NCBI RefSeq assembly: GCF_001194135.2
Contig: NC_068989.1
Location: 91,167,536-91,226,481, forward strand
DNA: 58,946 nucleotides
Direction: 5' to 3'
Origin: Octopus bimaculoides
Taxonomy: Eukaryota
Positions 38,200 through 50,825 of the stretch are shown piece by piece (position 1 is the stretch's first letter; every line of letters begins with the position of its first letter). The position numbers and the translations under genes are program-made. Under the pieces are notes generated by a model that saw nothing but the letters and a program-made list of their open reading frames with translations, was not told the DNA's origin and did no database searches.

Positions 38200-38395
38200 T
38201 TCCACCTGTTAATAATCAGTATTGGCTTGTTTGCGTCCTCGTAACTTAGTGGTTCATAAAAAGACCGATAAAATAAGTACCGTACTTAATAAATACGATT
38301 TGGAGTGGATTTCTTCGACTAAAATCTCTCTGAAAATTTAGTGCGCCAGCATGGCCTAAATCCAATGTCTGAAATAAATAAAAAGTGAGAAAGTA
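38200..38395 (+). mobile_element. SINE family B tail
   Basis: cgtaacttagtggttc...gccagcatggcc. Confidence 0.7.
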
Positions 38396-38463
38396 TTTCA
38401 GGCAATTTGTAGAGGAAGAAATATCGATTCATGCAACTGATTATTTGATATTTTATTGCACGA

Positions 38464-39112
38464 AGGCAGCGAGCTGGCAGAAACGTCAGCACGCCGGGCG
38501 AAATGCTTAGCGGTATTTCGTCTGCCAGTGCGTTCTGAGTTCAAATTCCGCCGAGGTCGACCTTGCCTTTCATCCTTTCGGGGTCGATAAATTAAGTACC
38601 AGTTACGTACTGGGGTCTATGTAATCGACTTAATCCGTTTGTCTGTCCTTGTTTGTCCCCTCTGTGTGTAGCCCCTTGTGGGCAGTAAAGAAATAGGTAT
38701 TTCGTCTGTCTTTACGTTCTGAGTTCAAATTCAACCGAGATCGACTTCGCCTTTCATCCATTCGGGGTCGATAAATTAAGTACCAGTTACGTACTGGGGT
38801 CTATGTAATCGACTTAATCACTTTGTCTGTCCTTGTTTGTCCCCTCTATGTTTAGCCCCTTGTGGGCAATAAAGAAATAAAAACCGTTAGCACGCCGGGC
38901 GAAATCCTTAGCGGTATTTCGTCCGTCTTTACGTTCTGAGTTCAAATTCCACCAAGGTCGACTTTGCCTTTCATCCTTTCGGGGTCGATAAATTAAGTAC
39001 CAGTTGCGTACTAGGGTTGAACTAATCGACTGGCTCACTCCCCCAAAACATTTCGGGCCTTGTGTCAAGAGTAGAAAAGAATATTAAGACGGTGAGCTGG
39101 CAGAAACGTTAA
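38464..39112 (+). mobile_element. Head-to-tail array of four SINE family A copies
   Basis: Units start at ~38464, 38697, 38881 and 39088; the core ttctgagttcaaatt...ggggtcgataaattaagtaccagtt occurs three times. Confidence 0.9.
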
Positions 39113-39585
39113 GACGTGTGCNNNNNNNNNNNNNNNNNNNNNNNNNNNNNNNNNNNNNNNNNNNNNNNNNNNNNNNNNNNNNNNNNNNNNNNNNNNNNNN
39201 NNNNNNNNNNNNNNNNNNNNNNNNNNNNNNNNNNNNNNNNNNNNNNNNNNNNNNNNNNNNNNNNNNNNNNNNNNNNNNNNNNNNNNNNNNNNNNNNNNNN
39301 NNNNNNNNNNNNNNNNNNNNNNNNNNNNNNNNNNNNNNNNNNNNNNNNNNNNNNNNNNNNNNNNNNNNNNNNNNNNNNNNNNNNNNNNNNNNNNNNNNNN
39401 NNNNNNNNNNNNNNNNNNNNNNNNNNNNNNNNNNNNNNNNNNNNNNNNNNNNNNNNNNNNNNNNNNNNNNNNNNNNNNNNNNNNNNNNNNNNNNNNNNNN
39501 NNNNNNNNNNNNNNNNNNNNNNNNNNNNNNNNNNNNNNNNNNNNNNNNNNNNNNNNNNNNNNNNNNNNNNNNNNNNNNNNNNNNN

Positions 39586-39620
<35 letters not shown>

Positions 39621-40171
39621 ATATGCGCGTGTGTATATGTGTATGCAAGTGAAAATGGGGGTGTTTGTGCACGTATGTGTAAGTTAAACTGTGTGTGTGT
39701 TTGTGTCTTCGTAGCAGTAAATGTGAAGTCAATTGTGAAAGACTAAACATGTGAGCGATTGAATGTGTGTGTGTGTGTGTAAGTAAAGCTGTGTGCGTGT
39801 GTGTGTGTTGGCAAGTGTATGTGTTATAATCAATGAGTGTGTATTTAAATGTGAGCACCTAAGTGTGTGTGTGTGCTAGAGTGCATGATACACAGTATGT
39901 CTGTGTTTGTGTGCATTTGTCTGTGTGGGTGTGAGAGAATTTGTGTGTGTTTCAGTGTGTTATTGTTAGTGCGAGCGTGAGTATGTGTGTATGTGTGTGT
40001 GTGTGGGGGAGTGACTATCTGTCTGTAAAATAGTATGTGTAGGTGTGTAAGTCTTTGCGTGCGTCTGTGTATGTGTGTGTTTGTATGTTAGTATGTGTAT
40101 AAGAGTGTTTGAGAGAGTACGTATACATGAGTGCGTGTGCGAGTGAATGTGTATAGTGTGAGAATTTGTAA

Positions 40172-40203
<32 letters not shown>

Positions 40204-40660
40204 AAGAGAGTGTAAGTGAGAGAAAGAGAATGTGCACAAGTTGTTAAGAGTGTATATTTAAAGCAGTGTGTTAGTATATATGTGTATAGGTGTGTGTGTG
40301 TATAAGAGTATCTTTACATGAGTGTGAAAAAGTATGTGTACAATAGTGCGCGCGCAAGAATGTGTACATGTAGGTGAGAGAGTAATTGTACAAGTGTGTG
40401 TATGTGGTTGTGTACGAGATTGTGTATGAGTGTGGGTTTGAGGATATGTACATGTATGTGTGTGCGTGAGAGAGAGAGAGAGAGAGAGAGAAAGTGTGTG
40501 TTTGTAGAAGAATGAGTGCAAGCGTGTGATTACATTTGTGTGTAGGTGTGAGTATGTAGATGTGCGTAAGTCTAAGTCTGTATGTGTATGCGAGTCAGAA
40601 CGTGTGACAATGAAAGCTAATTCGTTTGTGTGCGTTTCTCTATACATGTAAGTGCATGTG
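39586..40660. repeat. ~1.1-kb degenerate (TG)n/(AG)n tract
   Basis: Read directly from the sequence. Confidence 0.9.
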
Positions 40661-41314
40661 TGTCGGTTACAGATTTGAAAACCAGAAAGTAAAAAAAAAA
40701 AGACAGAAGCAAAATGTTAAACAATATAACATAAAAGATAAATAAATAAATAAATCCATTACAATGTAGTTTACAAACAGAACCATTAAGAGCATCGATA
40801 AACACAGTTGCTACATCATTTAATGACAAGATTAAATATCCCGGCTTTAACAAACATGTTGTGTGCTTTTCCCGGAACGTTCTTAAACGGCTTAACACAG
40901 TTTCGCTAGTCAGCAGAACACTCACTGTCATTTTATCAGAGTCTAGCATTCAGCTGGACATAGCATACATATTGTACATTTACCCGAATGCCGACGACAT
41001 GTCTACGCTTATACACATATAGAAACATAGAAACACACATATATATATGTCTACAAGCACAGACATACATGCATACTTACAACACTCATATGTATTTTTT
41101 TCTGGTCATATTTTAAGCTATAATGACCTGATATGTTCATTCAAATGCTGTCTTATCTATTTCGCAAGTAATCAAAGAAATGTGATAAATATTAGAATTT
41201 CAGTCACTGAGAAGAGAATATAAAACCGAAACGTATCCAATGTTTCCTCTACCGTACAGTTGGAAATAAGGATTCGTTGTTTCTTCCTCTTAGGTAACGG
41301 AATATCTTTTGCCT

Positions 41315-41500
41315 TATACTTATTTCAATCATTGGTCTGTTGTCATGCCGATGCACTGCCTTGAACGGTTATAATAATTCAGTCGCAAGTACTTAATTTT
41401 TTAAAGCTTGGCATTTATTCTAGCAGTCACTTTTGCCGAACCGCTAAGTTACGGGGACGTAAATAAACCAATACCGGTTGACAAGCGGTGGTGAGGGACA
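41315..41500 (-). mobile_element. SINE family B tail
   Basis: ttttgccgaaccgctaagttacggggacgtaaa is the reverse complement of the tail. Confidence 0.8.
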
Positions 41501-42632
41501 AAGATACACATACACTTGCACATATACACTCTCATGCACACACACAGACACGATATTTCTAATTTGGCATTTTTTGATGAATTACCAACCAGGAAACCAA
41601 CGGCCTGCCAAAAAGAAAGGAAAAAACTGCTTCTAATAATTAGTAAGGTTTTGCCTTATTAATTATTTCCAAAGCATTAGAAGACTCTTTGTTACTATCT
41701 TTTAGTGCCCAAATTATCTTATTAAGGCTGGTAGTATTTATTTTGTCTCTATTTCTAAAGGAACTTAAATGATTGGCAATGCTTTGCTTAATATAACATG
41801 AACTAGGTAATCTTACATCTGTATACGAAATTTTTATGCCTACAATTAGTTAAGCGGACAAAACCTGTTCCTTGCACGATGGCATTTAATAGTTTTACGA
41901 CTTCTTTTGATAGTAACTACTTCACGTTCTCTTGATGTGATTACTATATTCTTTGATCTATCTTCAAAGTTATTAGTCTTTTGCACATAGACAACATTCG
42001 GAGTACTGTACTTTTTAGGTTTCACATTTTCTACTTCCAGGCTAATGGGGGAGTTCACTCGGGACTCTTCTATTTTATTGGTTGTCAAACCATAGTTCCT
42101 ATCCTGATACCTAGTTGTGTTATCGCTTGTTCAAGCATGTTGACATTGTTGCTATCTATTGATCTATAACTATAATTCTGGTTACTATTATTACTATTGT
42201 TCATATGGAAACTGTTATAGGGAAATTCACTGCAACTGAAATATGTCACAAACATATTTTAACTAACTTAAAGTTTGCTAATGCCTAAACACAGCTCGGC
42301 GCTGGTATTACTGTAATAGCAGCAGCCCTTGGCATCTACTGGCTCAAATCAGTTGTTTGATTTCGTTAGAACCAGAGCTGTCCAGAGTTGTCTCTCTTCG
42401 GTATTTCTCATTAATAACTTCTGAGAGGCTGGAAGCCTCGGTATCTGGGAATGAGAGAGGTGCCAACACTGGACAGACATACAGATTTTACACGTTTTTT
42501 TTTACCATAAGAGAGAACTCGTGTTTCACGGTAATTGCTGTGAGTTTGCCTTTAGCGATAGAAATGTCACAAGCATTTAAAAAAACCGAAACCTCTCTTG
42601 TGCCTAAATATAGCTTGGTGCTGATATTACTA

Positions 42633-42665
<33 letters not shown>

Positions 42666-43669
42666 NNNNNNNNNNNNNNNNNNNNNNNNNNNNNNNNNNN
42701 NNNNNNNNNNNNNNNNNNNNNNNNNNNNNNNNNNNNNNNNNNNNNNNNNNNNNNNNNNNNNNNNNNNNNNNNNNNNNNNNNNNNNNNNNNNNNNNNNNNN
42801 NNNNNNNNNNNNNNNNNNNNNNNNNNNNNAAGTAAAGTAAATATCATAAGATAAATATAATAAAAAGATTACACGTGTTTCATAACCAATTTTCAAATAG
42901 AAAAGAAATTTAAATCGATTAAAATCAATTGAAATTATCGAAAATAAATTATATTCAAAAATATAGCTACTCGTCAGATCGTAAGTAGAACTATAATTAG
43001 ATATATATCTCAACCAACAATAAGTACCAAATGAATTAATATGAAATACTTATTATATAAAGATAGAAAAATTATTTTAAAAATATCATAATATCAAAAT
43101 AATAACCATTCAATAATCATCCCTTCATCCATTATAATAACATGTATATTATATACAAAAAACATCTTACATAAATTATCATTGTTTTAAATTATCATTG
43201 TTTTATATACATATATATGTATGTAAGTTATGTATGTATATATACATCTATAGAGATTAAAATAACAATGAAACAGAATTAAATGATTGACATTACAAGA
43301 ACGGTGTGGAAGTATTTCAGTTAAAAGGTTTATGATAATGTCTGTGAATATTATTTATTCAAGTGTAAAATGGTTTATACCTTAAGAAACAATTTTTATC
43401 AAGAATTTTGCGGCGACCATTTTGAGTTACGGGAGATAACTAGCAGATACTTAGATATTTAATCCTTTCGCGTTGAGGTTGCTTTAACAAATGAAATACT
43501 TATTTTATTCACATTGCTTTGAATTAATCATGCATTATCATGGAGCTTTAAGATTGCAGTGTTATGATTGTTTATTTTTGGAATGATATTGCTGGGTAGG
43601 TGTCGGATTAAGAAGCTAATGAGTTAAGATTAATTATCAAACGTTTCTGTCTAAATAATTCTAATACAG

Positions 43670-43866
43670 CCCCACAAAACAAACAAATCTGAATATTCCT
43701 AGTGGTTCCAATAGCAAAGCCCGAAAATGTACCACAGACGTATGCCAGATGATAGGAAAGAACTTAAAATTTCTCAATATTCATACGTTACGTTTAAGGA
43801 CCATAAGTATAACTTTGAAACATTCCTTCAGTAACTGGTCGAAACATACATCGGAACTATTAATAG
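43670..43866 (+). CDS. Candidate internal exon, 197 nt
   Basis: Acceptor ttctaatacAG, donor AG|GTAAAT, open frame PTKQTNLNIP...KCTTDVCQMIGK...SELLI. No homolog recognised. Confidence 0.2.
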
Positions 43867-44881
43867 GTAAATATTAGAGAAGTGTGCAGTTGAGGTTACG
43901 TGTGTCTCAACACTACCACTATCTACTGATACCGAAAGTATCAGTAGATAGCATCTTTCATGAAAAATATTTATTATCATTAAACTGCATGTATTACAAA
44001 AAAATAATCCTTGAATTTTCCATTTGATGTTAGCACGCCGGCGAAAAATCGATGCAATAGGTGATAACTTTGGATAGTATATATATATATATATATATAC
44101 ACGCACACATATTATGAATTATGGTTATAAATTTTTCCACATTGCATTTAACATTTAGGAAAAATATTTTCTTTTTTTCCTGGGTAACTCGTTCTAATGA
44201 AAAACAAATTCTGAAGAAAAGTATTACTTATTTTAAAAGAAACTGAAATACTAATTTTGTAAATACTAACTTCACGAAAATCAATATTTAAGATGTTACA
44301 TACGATCTGCAACAGAAAATGCGACGAAATGCACTTTATTACTCAATTTATATAGAAATGAAATGCAAAATTCCTTTAACACAACATAAAATGAAAAAAA
44401 GCGTCATCATTGCCAAAAATGCCTTTCTTATGACACACCTGGAATACATATCGTTTTATCCTCGTACGACATACAAAAAATTGAACTATTTTAAACCTCG
44501 TTTTTATACAGATAGCTAAGGGTTACTGAATATTTCTATATAAAACTTATTGCCTACAAATGTTTGAATAAGTTCGCAAAACCATTGAAAATACTTTTAA
44601 ATGACATGTTTTTCTGCGTACTCAAATGCAAAATATTTGTCTTTTCTATAATAATCACTTGCTATCATTAGCGTTGAATTAGACACTTCCGTCTATTTTC
44701 CTGTAAAGATGTATCAATGTGTGTGTGTATGTGTGGGTGTATACATACATACATACGTACATAAGAGAGTGGAAAGATCGTCTCTAATGACATAAATATT
44801 TCAAAGGGAATATTCCAGGGAGATAGTTTCTTTTTGTAATTTTGTTGATTTTGAGTTTAAAACCATTATCATTCCTGCTAC

Positions 44882-44915
<34 letters not shown>

Positions 44916-45079
44916 CTAGGGTCTGCAACTACAAGAGACATTAATTTAACCTTTAATTTCTTATGCTAAAAATGTTAATAATGCCAAATAGCAATTGAAA
45001 TTAATAACAATATTCTTAGCTGACATAGGAATGAATTTGACCAGAAGAAACTTTCTTATTTAATTGTTGAACGGGTTCA

Positions 45080-46231
45080 ATCAGTCTCCCAGATGCAAAA
45101 CCTGTGAATCAATGGTCTGACTATCTCTCCTGTCCCACACAAAGGACGCTACAAGCACCTTGGCTTTGATGAAAATCTATTATACCAAGGCATTGTGAAT
45201 AAAGTTAGTGACCCATGAATATTACACCAGGCTAAAAAAAAATTTGGCAGTCCGAACTCACTTCTTACAATAAGCTAATATCCCACAATGCATTTGCAGC
45301 ACCAGTTTTGATTCCAAGATTTGGGGCACGTCACGTGCCCCAAATCTGGTCTGTGGAAGAAATCCATTCCATGAACATTAAAACCTACAAGATTCTAATA
45401 TCAACTGGAAATCTCCAAAAAATAGTGATATCGACAGGCTCTATTCAAGAAAAGATAAAGGAGATATGGGCTTGAGATCAGTGTAGACATACTTCGAATG
45501 TCGCATAGTCTCTCTGAGACAATATTTGCTAAACAACTGCAGCGGAAATGAATTCATTAACATAGTGCTGAAGAGTGAAGAAAACAATCCCCTACGTGTT
45601 GAAATTGAGCCCCTCAGGAAGTATTCTCTTCCTGATGACCTCCTACACAACCCCAAATCAGCTGGACAGGCATACCTCAAAGAAGACCTGGAAGTGAAAC
45701 GCTCAGCATACTAAAGAAACAAACAAACAAACAAAAAGATCGTGCATGGATACGTTTCTGGTAGACTTGAAGAAGATAGTGACATTGACATGAAACGAAA
45801 CCTCACTTGAACTCGTGACCGCTACATCACAATACACTTCGAAGGCTGTGCATTTGCAATCCGAGAACAGTAGACAGTGAAGCCCTTGGTGTTCCAAGAT
45901 ACAACTGTAAATGTAGATTATGTCATATTTCTATGGAAGACATCACACGTGTTTAGCAGCTGCCCCAAAATATCAAGGTACTACCTCCTTATGCGACATG
46001 ATATAATCGGAAAAAAAAAGACTCTCCTGGAATAAATATAGAGAATCCGTCTGTTATTGAATATGTACTCAAATATCAGCACAACGAATACTACTGGAAC
46101 AATCCCAACATCTGTCAAGTGTAAACATAACAGACCAGATATTTTTGTTTGAGACAGACAAGAAAAAGTATGTACCGTCATAGAGGTCAGCTGTCTTACT
46201 GATGTGACTATCTATTTGAAAAGCAACGAGG
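45080..46231 (+). mobile_element. Decayed RLE LINE ORF (RT thumb, CCHC, endonuclease), 3'-truncated at the mariner junction
   Basis: YKHLG...ELTSYNKLISHNAFAAPVL; IDRLY; CRLC...DITH...SSCP...RHD; KHNRPDIFV...IEVSC. Confidence 0.85.
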
Positions 46232-46642
46232 AGAAAAAAGGAAAAGGACCCGCTTTTGTAAGTCGAAAAGGAGTGATTTTCCATCAGGACAATACGCAAC
46301 CCCACACTGCAAAGATCACATCACAGAAGTTCGAAGAGCTTGGTTGGGAAAAAAATCCTCATCCACCTTATTCTCCCGACCTTGCTCCTTCAGACTACCA
46401 TTTGTTTCGTAGTTTACAGAATCATATATGGGGGGGGGGGCATAACTTCCGCAAGCCAGGAGGAGGTCGAAACTGACATTTGAGAGTTTTGCATTGATGG
46501 GATTAAAAAGCTTGTAAATAGATGGAAGGAAGTCATAGATAATCAGGGAAAGTACGTTGATGATTAAATTTCTACTAAATATAACATTTGATCACTTGTT
46601 TTCTTTATTCAAAATTCGGACAGAACTTATGGGATGACCTGA
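46232..46642 (+). mobile_element. Mariner 3' half with right TIR, same family as 964-1750
   Basis: RKGVIFHQDNTQPH...HPPYSPDLAPSDYHLFRSLQN; TIR tcggacagaacttatgggatgacctga followed by TA, 26/27 match to the left TIR. Confidence 0.92.
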
Positions 46643-47149
46643 TACATACACATATATATTTGATGGATGTACATGCATGTGTCTCTAGACGTACATATGT
46701 GCACACGCACAAAAATACACACATATATACACAGATGCATGCACACACACAGTATAAAATAAGCTCTAAGTATTTACGAATTCAACACACAATCTTCTAA
46801 TCCACTGATGATATTGTGCATGAGTTTGTGTGTGAGCACGTGTATGTGCGAGTGTCCATACACATATGACTGTGTGTATGCTTGTCTTTTAATATGACCA
46901 GCACCAGCACAAATGTTTCTCTGGTTTATAATGAACAAGAGAATGAAGAAACTGATAATTGCATTTTGAATTTCCAATTGTCTGTCAAAGCACCATTGTT
47001 TCGAATATCCAGACATCTTGAATTTCATAACATTTAAAACGAGTGCTGCACTTGAATCTCCACTGATGCTATAACAAACAAATAAACGAACGTATTTCTA
47101 TTATAGATAAAATATATATACGAAGATAGGGTCCCAGGTGCTATTGTAA

Positions 47150-47330
47150 AAATTCTTCACTCTTTCACAAATAGCATTATGGCACAGGGACCATTAGTTT
47201 CCGAATCAGTCCAACTGTGCTTTACCTCTATCTGGATCTTGGGCAAATATCTACTATAGCTCCGAGTCGGCCAATGCCTTACGAGTTGATTTGGAAAGAA
47301 AAAATGGAATCTGGGTAGAAGCTTGTTGCT
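47150..47330 (-). mobile_element. SINE family B head, decayed
   Basis: gggcaaatatctactatagctccgagtcggccaatgccttacgagttgatttgg resembles the family B body; orientation and limits uncertain. Confidence 0.5.
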
Positions 47331-47369
47331 CACGCAAACACACGCACACATACACACACACACACACAC

Positions 47370-47489
47370 ATGTTAAATAAAATGAGACAACAAAGCTATG
47401 GCAGTGTGAAGTTTCTAGGACATTTTATAAAGAAAATATCCTCGAAATTTCTCACTTCCTTGGCTTTGTTGTTTCATTTTATTTAACAT
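47370..47489 (+). other. 120-nt near-perfect palindrome (57-bp arms, 6-nt loop)
   Basis: 49/57 arm identity with no indels. Confidence 0.85.
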
Positions 47490-47594
47490 ATACTCGATCA
47501 GACACGACTCGCCATTCATTTTTTTTTCCATTTAATGTTGTCTTTTCATATTTTCAAGTCATTTAAAAACAAACACACTATACGATAATGTAAT

Positions 47595-47690
47595 CAGTAC
47601 GCGTGCGCACAACGACCGGAAGTTACGGGATCTAAAACCGAAAGATCGCCCAACGTTCTTTACCAAGTCGTTGTTTTTAAATTGGCTACA
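47595..47690. promoter_or_regulatory. Promoter-like motif cluster (NRF1-like CGCGTGCGCA, ETS CCGGAAGT, ATTGG)
   Basis: Motifs at ~47600-609, 47616-623 and 47681-685 in locally CpG-rich unique DNA. Confidence 0.35.
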
Positions 47691-48417
47691 GCTGCCTTCA
47701 TTTGCTTAATTGAAGGCAATATTGAACACCTCTCCTGCCTGCGTGAAACTGAGGCAAGTTGCACATAGACAAATCCTACAAGCAAGGAGGTACACACATT
47801 TGTGACAAATAAACATCATACTTATATTTCTGATTTGATTCGTTCTATATTCAAAACATACCTTCTAAAAATAATGCTAGCAAAAACTCTCCCATTACTA
47901 TTAATGGCATTCTAAATATTTTCAAGATGTTCATTTGAAAATTGCATGTGTGCGAGTATTATTTTGGCTGTTCTTCACTTTAACGTTGATATCTTTATGC
48001 ATTTCTTTTATAAAAACTAAAATCTATAAATACAGTAAAGCATTATATTCTTCTCGTTGTTGTGTCATTAAAGTTACTTTCTCTCTTTTTTGTTCACTTT
48101 CTGTGTTCAGTTTAACATGGGAGTTGCTGCATCTCTTTTTAGTAGCAGTCCTTTTACTGCAAATAAAAAAGAACACACACACATACACACACACACACAC
48201 ACTCTCAAACATGTACAGACACGGACACACGCACACAAAACATCTAACCTTTCTTCTTCCGATACGATATAAGAGCAATGCAGAATTGTTAGCGAAAGAT
48301 TCTCAACGAAAATTTAAAACAAAATAACTGTATTTTTCTTTGCTTTTGTTGGAAAATTCGCACATCTTTCCACATCAGATGCAAACAACAACAACAACAA
48401 TAATAATAGTAATAAAA

Positions 48418-48745
48418 ATTAGGAATTTGAAAAACTGTCGAAATATAAGGACCTTGAGTTTGAGATATCAAAGACGTGGCAATTATAAACCAAAACCATC
48501 ACTGCTGTTGTTGGTGCCCTGGGAATGATCAAGAAAAGCACTGACAAATTTTTCGACCAGATCACTGGGAAACCAATAATCTATGAGACTCAAACAATTG
48601 TGCTGACATCAACCGCCTACATTCTCTGGTTTTTTCTCTCCATATACGTGCCTTAGGTCTCTGGTTGAGACCCAGTCAGAAGATAAAATAAAATGCAATT
48701 CAATCGGAAAATAATAATGATGATGATGATAATAATAAATAATAA
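48418..48745 (+). mobile_element. RLE LINE extreme 3' fragment flanked by (AAT)n
   Basis: EKLSKYKDLEFEISKTW...VVGALGMIKK...QTIVLTSTAYIL. Confidence 0.85.
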
Positions 48746-48749
48746 TAAT

Positions 48750-49203
48750 GTTTTGTCTTGGTATGGGCTACAGCAAATATTCTTCTCAATACCGCAGATT
48801 TGTTTGTCAGTTGAGCATGTCCCATGAGTGGCTGACGATATGTGCATATCTCATCACGAGCAGCAGTAGTGGTGGAGCATCATAACCATGTGTTGAGAGG
48901 AATTCTTTTGGGGTTTGGATAATTCACCTCTGAAAACATGGGATTTTGGCCAACATCCTTAAACAGTCCTTAATCACGGAGCTTTTGATAGGGATGCGCT
49001 ACTTAACCTGACGAAAATTCTGACTGGGCCTCACCTTCAAGGTCATGTGCTTTTTATCTTGATGAGATCACCATGTCGTGCATATATGGTTGTGATGCAT
49101 GTGCCTAGTGTACCCTTATCAGACGGGTAGTCATGATGGGTATACTGGGCTTCGTATATTTTATCCCAGTGTCACTTTGATGGCATGCACTGCTCTCTCA
49201 CCC
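48750..49203. mobile_element. Probable interspersed repeat between two (AAT)n tracts
   Basis: Non-coding ~450-bp block bounded by AAT repeats; single copy in this window, family assignment from recollection only. Confidence 0.4.
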
Positions 49204-49253
<50 letters not shown>

Positions 49254-49384
49254 GGATTTCATTTATTTGCTACAAGGGCGAAAGATGGGAGGGAGAATAC
49301 AGACACAGACATAAAGCGTTGAGATTTACATGTAATAATGAAATGATAAATAAGATAAAAAAAATAAAGCTGATGATGATTTCT

Positions 49385-49732
49385 AATCTTGGCACAAGGC
49401 CAGCAATTTCGGGGGGAGGAGTTAAGTCTATTACACCGATTCTAGCGCCAAAATGGTAATTAGTTTATCAACCCATAAAGGATAAAAGCCAAAGCCAACC
49501 TTTAAAAATGGTTTCAAATTTTGCCGCAAGGGAAGGAATTTTGGGAGAGCGGATTAGTCGATAACATCGACCCCAGTATTGAACTGGCGCTTATTATCAT
49601 AAACCCCAAGAGGATGAAAGGCAGAGTTGACGTCGGCGGAATTTGAACTCAGAACGGAGCGACGGGTGAAATACCTCTAAGCATTTCCTCCAGCGTGCTA
49701 ACGATTCTGCCAGCTCACCGCCTTAATAGTAA

Positions 49733-49767
<35 letters not shown>

Positions 49768-49782
49768 ATAATAATAATAATA

Positions 49783-49861
<79 letters not shown>

Positions 49862-50201
49862 GATGGGTAAAGAAAAGAATGCATCGTCAATTTCATAAGG
49901 ATGTTGAAGATAAGACAGATAGACAGACTGTTAAAGGCATAAAGCCTGAAACAATGGAAATGATGATGATGAAGACGATAATATTTTCTACTGAAGGCAT
50001 AAAGCCTGAAATTCTGGGGTTTGGGGGGGGGGTGAATTAGATCAAACCCTGTGATGACCTGGTAATTATTTTATCGAACTATGCAGGAGGAAAGCAATGC
50101 CGACCTCAGAGAAATTGGAACTCAGAACATAAACGTCCAGAAGAAATGCCACTAAACATTTAGTCCGGCGTGCTGGCGATACTACCTGCTCGGCACCTTA
50201 C

Positions 50202-50234
<33 letters not shown>

Positions 50235-50690
50235 GTAATGATAATATTGATGATTTCAAATTTTGGCACATCACTTTCGGGGGAGGGGGGTAACTCGATT
50301 ACATCGACCCAGTACACAACTGGTACTTAATTTATCGACCCCCGAAAGGATGAAAGGCAAAGTCGACTTCGTCAGTATTTGAACTCAGAAAGCAAAGACG
50401 GACGAAATTCCGCTCAGCATTCTCCCCGACATGCTAACACTTCTGTCAGCTCGTCATCGCCTTTGAAAACCTTACTTCAACAGGTACAAGGCCGCGAAAC
50501 TTGGCGTTGGGAGTTAGTCGATTTAATCGCCCCCCCCCCGTAGTCTATAAATAGAACTTATTTTATCGACCCTGAAACGATGAAAGGCAAAGTCGAACTC
50601 GGCGAAACTTGAGCACTGAACGTAAAGACGGATGAAATATCGCTAGGCACTTTGTCCAGCGTCTTACCGATTCTGCCAGCTCGTCGCCTT
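49385..50690 (-). mobile_element. Cluster of five co-oriented SINE family A copies separated by (AAT)n/(AGT)n/(ATT)n
   Basis: Copies at ~49385, 49515, 49990, 50255 and 50480. Confidence 0.85.
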
Positions 50691-50736
50691 AATGATAATT
50701 GTGATAATGATAATTGTTTGTAAGGTCATGACAACG

Positions 50737-50825
<89 letters not shown>

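Noticed and set aside
36210-40953. Minus-strand micro-exon chain (40926-40953, ~37922-37957, 36267)
   Set aside because: Splice sites look plausible but the joined peptide is short and featureless; it shows how easily such chains arise.
43720-43760. Neprilysin-like CTTDVC
   Set aside because: The downstream DPC.DF motif is absent.
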